From positions 3,957-67,956 of the forward strand of contig DASSOZ010000040.1 in assembly GCA_035700105.1 (NCBI GenBank): a stretch of 64,000 bases of DNA, given 5' to 3'. The notes beneath the pieces were generated by a model. It saw only the letters and a list, made by a program, of their open reading frames with translations, was not told where the DNA came from and made no database searches. Positions 52,914-61,025 of this stretch are shown in pieces. Both the position numbers and the translations under genes were made by a program. This DNA comes from Acidimicrobiales bacterium (GTDB lineage Bacteria > Actinomycetota > Acidimicrobiia > Acidimicrobiales > DASSOZ01). The stretch's first letter is position 1; each line of letters starts with the position of its first letter.

Positions 52914-53614
52914 GATTCGAACCGGTAGCCGACACCCCACACCGTCGCGATGTGGACCGGCTCGGACGGGTCGCGTTCGACCTTCTCGCGAAGGCGACGG
53001 ACGTGGACCGTGACGGTCGACGTGTCGCCGAACGTGTAGCCCCACACGTTCTCGAGCAGCTCCTCTCGACGGAAGACGCGTCGGGGATTGCGCATGAGGA
53101 ACGCGAGCAGCTCGAACTCGCGCGCGGTGAGTACCGCGGGCTCGCCACCGACGCGCGCCTCGTGGGCTGCGACGTCCAGTTCGATGTTCCCGGCACGCAG
53201 TAACGGCGGCGCGCCCGCGGGTACGAGCGGCGCGCGAGCTCGGCGAAGGACGGCCTTCACGCGAGCAACGAGCTCGCGTGGCGAGAACGGCTTCGCGACG
53301 TAGTCGTCGGCACCGAGCTCGAGCCCGAGGACACGATCGGCTTCGTCGCCCCTGGCGGTGAGCATGATGACCGGAACGGGCAGGATCGCCCGCAGCCGCC
53401 GGCACACCTCGAGCCCGTCGACACCCGGGATCATCAGGTCGAGGAGGACGAGGTCCGGTGGATCCTCCGTGGCGCGCTGGAGCGCGACCCGCCCGTCGGC
53501 GACCGACTCGACGGCGTAGCCCTCCCGGCGCAGGTACCGCCCGACGACGTCGGACACCGTCGGGTCGTCGTCGACCATCAGGATGCGCGAACGCGCCGTG
53601 ACCGGATCTTCCAT
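52910..53614 (-). CDS. OmpR/PhoB-type response regulator, 234 aa
   Basis: ORF 52910..53857(-) trimmed to the ATG at 53614, preceded by GGGGAAGGA. The receiver domain shows ILMVDDDP...LVLLDLMIPG. The winged helix shows VWGVGYRF. Confidence 0.9.
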   Translation of the reverse strand: MEDPVTARSRILMVDDDPTVSDVVGRYLRREGYAVESVADGRVALQRATEDPPDLVLLDLMIPGVDGLEVCRRLRAILPVPVIMLTARGDEADRVLGLELGADDYVAKPFSPRELVARVKAVLRRARAPLVPAGAPPLLRAGNIELDVAAHEARVGGEPAVLTAREFELLAFLMRNPRRVFRREELLENVWGYTFGDTSTVTVHVRRLREKVERDPSEPVHIATVWGVGYRFES

Positions 53615-53627
53615 GACGTCCTTCCCC

Positions 53628-54926
53628 TCACCAGCTCGAGCGCAGCGCGACCTGGAGCCCGACCGCGAACGCGACCTGCCCGCCGAGCCAACCCCGGCGG
53701 ACGGCGATTGATGCCGGGAACGTCCCGGCGGCGACGAGGAGCCACGGCGCCCACGGCAGCCAGATCCGCTCCACCTCTCCTTTCGCCAACCCCGAGACGT
53801 CGGCGAGGGCGAGCGCCACGAGCGCGCCGCCGGCGAGCAGCAACGCACCGCGGTCACGCAGCGCGCCGAGGGCCGCGGCGGCCGCAGGCCCGATCGCGGC
53901 GGCGAACGCGGCGAGGTCGAGCCAGACGAACACGCCGTAGGCCCGGTGGGGCGCGACGCCCGCGAGGTAGGCGCGATGGGTCGCCGCCAGACCCGCCGGC
54001 CACCAGAAGCCCGTCATGATCCCGACGAGCACGAGGAGCGCGGCGACGACCGAGGCCGTCATCAGTGGGACGTCGAGGCGTCGGCGCCGCCATGCCACCG
54101 CCACGGGCACGGCGCCGAGGAGTGCGGCGCCGTAGGTCGCGAGGAGCGCCGCCGTCCACGCCACGCCTGCGACGACGGCGAGCGCGCACGATCGGCGCCC
54201 CGTGTGCCCGGTGGCCAGAACGGTCGCCGTGATGGCCCACGCGGTCAGTCCCGCGAACACGGCGTCGCCGGAGGTCGCCCACAGCGCCGCGGGCGCGAGC
54301 GCGACGTACGGCGCCGCCCGGCGGGCGGCGGGTTCCGACCACACCGCCCGCAGCGCGAGCAGCGCCGCCGGCACGGCCGACGCGCCGATCGCGAGCTCCA
54401 GCGCAACGGCCCACCCGGCGCCACCGAGGCCGACACGGTTCAGGAGCCACAACACGAGCACGAACCCGGGCGGATGGGCCTTGACGTGGGTGGGGTAGCG
54501 CATCCATTCGGTCGTGAACGTCGACAGGAACCGCGCCGGCGACCCGACGAGGTGGACGCCGGCGAGGTAGTCGGCCGGGCTGTGCAGCGGCCGCGCGATG
54601 GCGTGCAGTCCCTCGGAGGCGGCGAGGAGCGTCGACCACGCCAGCGCGGTGCCGAACGCACCCAACAGCACCACCGCCCACGGCGCACGGTCGGCGACGC
54701 GCGGCGCGGCGACGACGGCGACGAGCGCGAACACGACGAGCGGCGCGAGAGGCCACAGCGGTTCGGCCACCGCCCACCGACCGACGAACGGCGCGGCGTC
54801 CACGTGGTACTCGCCATGGGCGGCCGCCAGGTGTCCGCCGACGACGACGCCGGTGGCCACGAGGGCAACCCACCCCGCGAGGGCGAGGCGTGCGGGGAGG
54901 ACGGCCGAGGCCGTTCGCGCTTCCAC
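53628..54926 (-). CDS. polytopic membrane protein, probable GT-C-fold glycosyltransferase, ~432 aa
   Basis: ORF 53628..55331(-) trimmed to the GTG at 54926; the start is uncertain and has no SD. It has at least 10 hydrophobic segments. It lies divergent from a GT2/DUF2064 pair, as I recall for M. tuberculosis Rv0541c relative to Rv0539/Rv0540. Confidence 0.6.
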   Translation of the reverse strand: MEARTASAVLPARLALAGWVALVATGVVVGGHLAAAHGEYHVDAAPFVGRWAVAEPLWPLAPLVVFALVAVVAAPRVADRAPWAVVLLGAFGTALAWSTLLAASEGLHAIARPLHSPADYLAGVHLVGSPARFLSTFTTEWMRYPTHVKAHPPGFVLVLWLLNRVGLGGAGWAVALELAIGASAVPAALLALRAVWSEPAARRAAPYVALAPAALWATSGDAVFAGLTAWAITATVLATGHTGRRSCALAVVAGVAWTAALLATYGAALLGAVPVAVAWRRRRLDVPLMTASVVAALLVLVGIMTGFWWPAGLAATHRAYLAGVAPHRAYGVFVWLDLAAFAAAIGPAAAAALGALRDRGALLLAGGALVALALADVSGLAKGEVERIWLPWAPWLLVAAGTFPASIAVRRGWLGGQVAFAVGLQVALRSSW

Positions 54927-55039
54927 GACGGGAACGTACGACCGGAGACGTCGAACACTTCCCGTGCCGGCGCAGAGTTCCGCACTTCGTAAGCACGGAT
55001 CGGGACTTCCGACGGCCCCGCCGCTCGTTGCGTCCGGCG

Positions 55040-55696
55040 ATGCCCGACGTGATCCTTCCTGTGCTCGACGAAGCCGCGGCCCTGCCGTGGGTCCTCGGTC
55101 GAATCCCGCCCGACTACCACCCCATCGTCGTCGACAACGGCTCGGTCGACGGCTCCGCGCTCGTCGCCGAGGCACTCGGCGCCCGCGTCGTAGTGGAGCC
55201 GCGACGCGGGTTCGGTGCGGCGTGTCTCGCCGGCCTGCTCGCCGCGTCCGACGACGTCGTCTGCTTCCTCGACGCCGACGGGTCGCTCGACCCGGCCGAG
55301 CTCCCCGCGCTCGTTGCGCCCGTCGCGGCACGGCACGCCGACCTCGTCCTCGGGTCGCGCCACCCGGCGCGCCGCGGGGCGTGGCCGGCGCACGCGCGGT
55401 TCGCCAACCGTGTCCTCGTCCACCGGCTGGCGCACCGCACGGGTCTGCGGCTGCGTGACCTCGGGCCGATGCGCGTCGCCCGGCGCGCCGCGCTCATCGA
55501 CCTGGGCCTGCGCGACCGCCGGTTCGGTTGGCCCCTCGAGATGGTCGTCGCCGCGCACGCCGCGGGCTGGGTCGTCGACGAGGTCGCGGTGTCGTACCAC
55601 GCCCGCCGCGGTGGTCACTCCAAGGTCACCGGCACCGCGCTCGGCAGCCTCCGCACCGTGCGCGACATGAGCGAGGTGCTGCGGTCGTGCACGTGA
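55040..55696 (+). CDS. glycosyltransferase family 2 (polyprenol-phosphate sugar synthase-like), 218 aa
   Basis: ORF 54890..55696(+) trimmed to the ATG at 55040. Motifs are VVDNGSVDGS and the DxD-like LDADGS. Confidence 0.85.
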   Translation: MPDVILPVLDEAAALPWVLGRIPPDYHPIVVDNGSVDGSALVAEALGARVVVEPRRGFGAACLAGLLAASDDVVCFLDADGSLDPAELPALVAPVAARHADLVLGSRHPARRGAWPAHARFANRVLVHRLAHRTGLRLRDLGPMRVARRAALIDLGLRDRRFGWPLEMVVAAHAAGWVVDEVAVSYHARRGGHSKVTGTALGSLRTVRDMSEVLRSCT

Positions 55697-56307
55697 CGGT
55701 CGTCGCGAAGGCGCCCGTCGCGGGACGCGTCAAGACGCGCCTGTGCCCGCCGTGCACGCCCGAGGAGGCGGCGCGCCTGGCGACCGCCGCGCTCGTCGAC
55801 ACGCTCGCCGCGGCACGGGCGTCGTGCGCCGATCGGGTGGTGGTCGCGCTCGACGGCGACCCCGGTGACTGGCTGCCGCCGGGCTGTGTGGTCGTGCCCC
55901 AACGCGGCGCCGACCTCGCCGAGCGCCTCGCGGCTGCGTGGGTGGACGCGGGCGGCCCCGGCGTGCAGATCGGGATGGACACGCCACAGGTGACCGCCGA
56001 CGACCTGGATGCGGCGCTCGACGCGCTCGATCGTCACAACGCCGCGCTCGGACTCGCGTGCGACGGTGGCTGGTGGGCGATCGCGCTGCGCCGCCCCGAC
56101 CCGTCGGTGTTCCGTGGCGTTCGCACGAGCCGTGCCGACACCGGCGCCCGGCAGCTGGAGCGGCTGTTGGCCCTGGGTCTCGACGTCGCGTCGCTCCCCC
56201 GGCGGCGCGACGTCGACAGGTTCGACGATGCCGTCGCCGTGGCGCGACAGGCGCCCGACACGGCGTTCGCGGCGACACTCGCGGCGATCGCTGTCGGAGC
56301 GTCGTGA
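55693..56307 (+). CDS. DUF2064 (TIGR04282-type) glycosyltransferase-like protein, ~204 aa
   Basis: ORF 55528..56307(+) trimmed to the GTG at 55693 (GTGA overlap); a GTG at 55687 is an alternative. The N-terminus VVAKAPVAGRVKTRL is characteristic of DUF2064. Confidence 0.75.
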   Translation: MTVVAKAPVAGRVKTRLCPPCTPEEAARLATAALVDTLAAARASCADRVVVALDGDPGDWLPPGCVVVPQRGADLAERLAAAWVDAGGPGVQIGMDTPQVTADDLDAALDALDRHNAALGLACDGGWWAIALRRPDPSVFRGVRTSRADTGARQLERLLALGLDVASLPRRRDVDRFDDAVAVARQAPDTAFAATLAAIAVGAS

Positions 56308-56888
56308 TGTCGGCGTTGCTCGCCGACGACGGGACGGTCATCCCGCTCGAGGTGGACAGGTGGCACGCGGCGCCGTCGCTCGAAGAGCTCGTCGTGCTCG
56401 ACCGTGCCTCGCCGCCGGTGCTCGACGTCGGGTGCGGACCGGGCCGCCACGTCCTCGCTCTCGCCGAGCGCGGGGTGATGGCCATGGGTGTGGACGCCTC
56501 GCCCGCAGCGGTCCGTCTCGCGCGCTCGCGCGGCGCTCCCGTCCTCGAGCGCTCCGTCTTCGGACGGATCCCCCAGGCGGGACGGTGGGGCAGCGCGCTG
56601 CTGCTCGACGGCAACATCGGCATCGGCGGCGACCCGACCGCTCTGTTGCGGCGCGTCGCGGTACTCGTGCGTCGCGGTGGCAGCGTGCTCGTCGAGGTCG
56701 AGGCGACGTGGGAACCGGGTCGCATCGTCGACGTCCGGCTGTCGCACGAAGGCGTGCTCTCACCGGTGTTCCCGTGGGCGCTCGTGTCGGCCGGCGATAT
56801 CGACGCCGCCTCGGCCTCGGCCGGTCTCGTCGTGGACGACTCGTGGGTGGGAGGTTCGAGATGGTTCGTCGCGCTCGTGCATCGCTGA
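56307..56888 (+). CDS. class I SAM-dependent methyltransferase, 193 aa
   Basis: ORF 55938..56888(+) trimmed to the ATG at 56307, which shares one base with the upstream TGA. Motif I is VLDVGCGPGRH. Confidence 0.8.
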   Translation: MSALLADDGTVIPLEVDRWHAAPSLEELVVLDRASPPVLDVGCGPGRHVLALAERGVMAMGVDASPAAVRLARSRGAPVLERSVFGRIPQAGRWGSALLLDGNIGIGGDPTALLRRVAVLVRRGGSVLVEVEATWEPGRIVDVRLSHEGVLSPVFPWALVSAGDIDAASASAGLVVDDSWVGGSRWFVALVHR

Positions 56889-58018
56889 CCTTCACGAGCC
56901 CGCTCCACGACGTGCGTACGGCCGCCTGGCTCGGTGCGTTGCTCGGTGTGTCGTTCACGACGTGCTTCGTGACCGGGCTCACGTCGCACCTGATCCATCA
57001 CCCGCCGTCGAGGTTCGAGTGGCCCGCCCGCCCTGCGGGTCTCTACCGCGTGAGCCAGGGTGTCCACGTGGCGACCGGGATCGCCAGCGTGCCGCTGTTG
57101 CTGGCGAAGTTGTGGACCGTGTACCCGCACTTCTGGGCGTCGCCACCGGTGCGCAGCATCGCCCACGGCATCGAGCGACTGACGCTGCTCCCGCTGGTCG
57201 GTGGCTCGTTGTTCATGCTCGTGACCGGGACGATGAACCTCGCCCGCTGGTACGCGTTCGGGTTCGACTTCACGGCGACGCACTACGCCGTCGCCTGGAT
57301 CACCGTCGGCGGACTGGTGGCGCACGTCGGCGCGAAGTGGGCCGTAGCGCGGGCCGCGCTGTGGCCGCCACGAACCGCGGACCCGACCGCGCCGGCGACC
57401 CCTTCCCCGCCGCGGACCGGCGGCGTGAGCCGTCGCGGGTTCCTCGGCGCCGTCGGCGCCGGCGCCGGCGTGTTGACCCTGGTCACGGCCGGGCAGACCG
57501 TGCACCCGCTGCGGGCGCTCTCGGTGCTCGGACCGCGCGATCCGGCGGTCGGGCCGCAGGGGTTCCCGGTCAACAAGTCGGCGGTCGGTGCCGGTGTGGT
57601 TGCGGCGGCCACCGACCCGGCGTTCCGACTGACCGTCGACGGAATCGTCGCGCGGCGGTTGTCGCTGTCGCTGGACGACCTGCGCTCACTGCCCCAGCAC
57701 GAGGCGACGCTGCCGATCGCGTGTGTCGAGGGATGGAGCGCGTCGGCGCGCTGGCGAGGTGTGCGCGTCCGCGATCTTCTCGACATGGCGGGTGCGCCGC
57801 GAAGTGCGACCGCACGCGTCGTGTCGCTCCAGGCTCGCAGCCGGTACCGCACGTCGGATCTGCACGCCGGCCAGCTCGACGACCCTGACACGCTGCTCGC
57901 CCTCGAGGTGAACGGCGAGCCGCTGCACCTCGACCACGGCTACCCGCTGCGGCTGATCGCGCCCAATCGTCCCGGCGTGCAGCAGACGAAGTGGGTGACG
58001 CGGGTGATCGCCCGATGA
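56861..58018 (+). CDS. membrane-anchored molybdopterin-dependent oxidoreductase (sulfite-oxidase/YedY-MsrP-like catalytic domain fused to an N-terminal polytopic domain), 385 aa
   Basis: ORF 56009..58018(+) trimmed to the ATG at 56861, preceded by GGGAGG. About four N-terminal TM helices carry conserved His residues. An internal twin-arginine-like motif, SRRGFLGAVGAG, lies near residue 190. The C-terminal block is VEGWSA...GYPLRLIAP...WVT. Confidence 0.75.
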   Translation: MVRRARASLTFTSPLHDVRTAAWLGALLGVSFTTCFVTGLTSHLIHHPPSRFEWPARPAGLYRVSQGVHVATGIASVPLLLAKLWTVYPHFWASPPVRSIAHGIERLTLLPLVGGSLFMLVTGTMNLARWYAFGFDFTATHYAVAWITVGGLVAHVGAKWAVARAALWPPRTADPTAPATPSPPRTGGVSRRGFLGAVGAGAGVLTLVTAGQTVHPLRALSVLGPRDPAVGPQGFPVNKSAVGAGVVAAATDPAFRLTVDGIVARRLSLSLDDLRSLPQHEATLPIACVEGWSASARWRGVRVRDLLDMAGAPRSATARVVSLQARSRYRTSDLHAGQLDDPDTLLALEVNGEPLHLDHGYPLRLIAPNRPGVQQTKWVTRVIAR

Positions 58019-58461
58019 CGCGCGGGCAGTTGGTCGGGCTCGCCGCCAGCGCACCGTTCGCCGCCGTCGGCGTCGGCGCGCTGCTGCGCAACGCCGACGC
58101 CACGCATCCCGCACGGGCGGTCGCGTGGATCGTCGGCGCCGCCGTCGCCCACGACTTCGTCCTCGCGCCGCTCGTGTTCACCCTCGGTGCGCTCGTGCGG
58201 CGGGCGCCGCTCGGCCGGGCGCGGGTGTGGGTCGTGACCGGGCTCGTCGTGTCGGGCGTCGTGGCGTTGTGGTCGTGGCCGTTCGTGCGCGGCTACGGCC
58301 GCCTGGCCAACAACCCGTCGGTCCTACCCCGGAACTACGGCATGGGTCTGGCGGTCACGCTCGTCGCGGTGTGGACGGCTGTGCTCGTCATGACGCTCGT
58401 TGCGCGGCGCGGCGGTACCGGCCGGGCGGAGCGCCGTGCTGACGGGCGAACGCCCGGTTGA
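58015..58461 (+). CDS. hypothetical membrane protein, 148 aa
   Basis: ORF 57991..58461(+) trimmed to the ATG at 58015, which overlaps the upstream stop as ATGA. Four hydrophobic segments. Confidence 0.55.
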   Translation: MTRGQLVGLAASAPFAAVGVGALLRNADATHPARAVAWIVGAAVAHDFVLAPLVFTLGALVRRAPLGRARVWVVTGLVVSGVVALWSWPFVRGYGRLANNPSVLPRNYGMGLAVTLVAVWTAVLVMTLVARRGGTGRAERRADGRTPG

Positions 58462-58549
58462 ACGCGTACTCCGCGTGGCGACTTCGTCCGCCGGTGCAGG
58501 TAGCCGCACCGCAACCGCGCACGAGTCGTGGACAGCTGAGGCACAACGG

Positions 58550-59578
58550 CTACGCGGCTGCCGCCTTCTCCCGCCACCACGCATGCAGGTGGGCGGCGGC
58601 GGCGAGGTACAGCGGGCCTGCGTCAGGGTCGTCGGCGGTGGCATCGAGGCAGGCGAGCGTGTACTTGGCGACGTGGGCGTCGGGGTGGCACGCACCGAAC
58701 GCCACGAGGTCGTCGACGACCTCTGCGAGGGCGGCGCCGGTCGCCGCCCACACCCGACCGGCCACGCTCCTGACCGGCGGCTTCCACGCGTCGTCGAGGC
58801 GAACGCGACCCAGCGTGGCGCGGAAGCCGAGGACGTACGTGGCGGCAACCGCGACGGCCACGTCGGGGTCAGCGCCGAGGTCGACGGCGGCGAGGGCCGC
58901 CTGCGGCAAGGTGAGGCAGTGCGTCCAGCCGTACGGCGCCGCGCCGGGATCGTCCTGCAGCATCGAGCGGGCCGCGACCCGGAGCAACGTTCGGCGGGCG
59001 TCGGCGACGGCGAGCCCGCGGAGTGGTTCGTCGAGCACCTCGGCGGCCAGCCCGCTGGTCTCTGTGAGGTGCATCGTCGGATAGATGAAGTTGCTGCCGG
59101 GGTCACCGGGCGACCGGGGACTCGCGAGTCGTGCGGCGAGGTCGCCCGACGGCGGGCCCGTGGTGACACGGGTTTTGGGCCAGGTGAACGTCCACCCCGG
59201 ATTGCGCGTGAGCTCCATCGCGACGAGGCCGTCGCCGAACGTACCCGGGAGATCGTGCAGACGAGCGCGCAGCGTCAGCAGTATCGGGGCGTGGCCCGCA
59301 GCGGCCAGGCTGAGGACGATGTCGTCGACGTGCGGCGCCGGTGCGAGCGATGGGACGTCCGCAGGATCGGCCGCCGGGCCAGCGTCGACGTAGTCCGTGA
59401 CGAGCCGGGTGATGGCGCCGCGTGCGGCGTCCCGGCCGTTCGCTGGTACCCGCTCGAGCAGGAGCGCCCTGGCCAACAGCTCGAGCGGCGCGTGCAGCAC
59501 GAAGGAGTCGGGCGGAGCGGCTTTCGGGACATCGATGACGGCCGCGGCTGCGGCAATGAAATCGGCATCAGCGGACAT
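58550..59578 (-). CDS. hypothetical protein, 342 aa; predicted direct SoxR target
   Basis: ORF 58550..59605(-) trimmed to the ATG at 59578 (MSADADFIAAAAAV...). The gene sits immediately downstream of a SoxR-box promoter. I could not assign a family; conserved-looking His blocks include FVLHAPLE, YGWTHCLT and HPDAHVAKY. Confidence 0.6.
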   Translation of the reverse strand: MSADADFIAAAAAVIDVPKAAPPDSFVLHAPLELLARALLLERVPANGRDAARGAITRLVTDYVDAGPAADPADVPSLAPAPHVDDIVLSLAAAGHAPILLTLRARLHDLPGTFGDGLVAMELTRNPGWTFTWPKTRVTTGPPSGDLAARLASPRSPGDPGSNFIYPTMHLTETSGLAAEVLDEPLRGLAVADARRTLLRVAARSMLQDDPGAAPYGWTHCLTLPQAALAAVDLGADPDVAVAVAATYVLGFRATLGRVRLDDAWKPPVRSVAGRVWAATGAALAEVVDDLVAFGACHPDAHVAKYTLACLDATADDPDAGPLYLAAAAHLHAWWREKAAAA

Positions 59579-59592
59579 CGTCGCACCGTAAG

Positions 59593-59612
59593 ACCTCAAG
59601 TTCACTTGAGGT
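59593..59612. promoter_or_regulatory. SoxR box inside a 19-bp-spacer promoter
   Basis: ACCTCAAGT-TC-ACTTGAGGT is a perfect 9-bp-arm palindrome. The core CCTCAAGT..ACTTGAGG matches the known SoxR operator. On the minus strand it is flanked by TTGACC (59610..59615) and TACGGT (59585..59590) with a 19-nt spacer. The ATG at 59578 lies 6 nt past the -10. Confidence 0.85.
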
Positions 59613-59641
59613 CAAGCTCTTCAGATGGTGTCCTTTGTCAC

Positions 59642-60112
59642 GTGAGTCCGAACGACGACCTGCTGGCGATCGGCGAGGTGGCGGCCCGCAGTGGCGTCGC
59701 CCCATCGGCCCTTCGGTTCTACGAGAGCGAGGGTCTGATCCACGCGCTTCGCTCGGATGGCGGACGCCGACTCTACGAACGCGAGGTGTTGCGGCGCGTG
59801 GCGTTCATACGCGTCGCGCAGCGGATCGGGTTGTCGCTCGACGAGGTCCGGAGTGCGCTCGCCGCGCTCCCCGATCAGCGTACGCCGACGTCGAAGGACT
59901 GGGCGCGCCTGTCGCGCCAGTGGCGCCCGCGTCTCGACGAGCAGATCGGCATGCTCGTGGCGCTGCGTGACCAACTGACGTCGTGCATCGGCTGCGGTTG
60001 TCTGTCGCTGCGGGCGTGCGCGCTCTACAACCCCGACGACGCGGCCGCCGGCCTTGGTTCGGGTCCGCGCTACTTGCTCGGCGATGCGGCGTCCGACGTG
60101 ATCGGTCGGTGA
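59642..60112 (+). CDS. soxR: redox-sensitive transcriptional activator SoxR (MerR family), 156 aa
   Basis: ORF 58400..60112(+) trimmed to the GTG at 59642. The MerR HTH is IGEVAARSGVAPSALRFYESEGLI. The [2Fe-2S] cluster motif is CIGCGCLSLRACALYNP. Confidence 0.92.
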   Translation: MSPNDDLLAIGEVAARSGVAPSALRFYESEGLIHALRSDGGRRLYEREVLRRVAFIRVAQRIGLSLDEVRSALAALPDQRTPTSKDWARLSRQWRPRLDEQIGMLVALRDQLTSCIGCGCLSLRACALYNPDDAAAGLGSGPRYLLGDAASDVIGR

Positions 60113-60185
60113 CACGTTCTTGGCCGACGGGCTCGGTATCTGCGGCGCAGGACGCCGTTCGGCTCGCTGTCGATCCTGCGTCTGC

Positions 60186-61025
60186 TCACCGGAGGAAGGC
60201 GAGGACCTCGCGGGCGAAGTCCTCGACGTGCTGAAAGAGGAAGCCGTGTCCAGCGTCGCTGTAGAGGACCAGCTTCGCGTCGGGAAGCACGCGAACCATC
60301 GCGAAGCTTGCGTAGGCGTCGATCATCACGTCGCGGGCGCCGTTGGCCACGAGGACGGGCATTGCGAGCTCGGGCAGACGCTCCCAGATCGACGAGCCGA
60401 TCGACGTGACGACCGACAACTGCGCAGCCACCGTCGACGGCGACACCGGCACGTGCGCGTGGTCGAGCGCGCGGGCGTCGATGCGGCGCAACGACGCCAG
60501 GCCGCGTGCACGGCCCGCCGCCGTGTCCGGGAAGAAGAGGTAGAGGAAGTCCTCGTCGGCGTTCGACTGCTTCGTCGCGACCTCCCACACCCGCGCGTCG
60601 GGTGCCGGTTGGCCGGGCACCCCGCCTCCGGGCGAGCTGGCGGCAACGACGAGTCGACGGACCAGCGCTGACGCGTGCAAGGCCGCAGCCTGCACGGCGA
60701 TGCCGCCGAGTGACCATCCGAGCAGATCGACCTCGGACAGTTCGAGCGCCCCGATGAAACTGAGCAGGCCGGCGGCCAGATCGTCGATCGTCGTGGGCGG
60801 TTCGCCGGTCGATCGTCCGGTGCCGACGTTGTCGAAGACGATGACGTCCCGCTCGGTCGCGAGCAGGTCCAACAACGCCGGGTCCCAGTGGTCGATCGTC
60901 CCGCGGAACCGCGTCGCAAGCACCAGCGGAGTTCCTCGACGCGGGCCGAAGCGACGGTAGGCAAGTCGACCACTCGGCGCATCGACGTACTCGGTGGTCG
61001 CAGCTGCGGACGGCGATGCGGTCAT
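60186..61025 (-). CDS. alpha/beta hydrolase, 279 aa
   Basis: ORF 60186..61025(-). The nucleophile elbow is GWSLGG. A C-terminal His lies in the context SDAGHGFLFQH. Confidence 0.85.
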   Translation of the reverse strand: MTASPSAAATTEYVDAPSGRLAYRRFGPRRGTPLVLATRFRGTIDHWDPALLDLLATERDVIVFDNVGTGRSTGEPPTTIDDLAAGLLSFIGALELSEVDLLGWSLGGIAVQAAALHASALVRRLVVAASSPGGGVPGQPAPDARVWEVATKQSNADEDFLYLFFPDTAAGRARGLASLRRIDARALDHAHVPVSPSTVAAQLSVVTSIGSSIWERLPELAMPVLVANGARDVMIDAYASFAMVRVLPDAKLVLYSDAGHGFLFQHVEDFAREVLAFLR

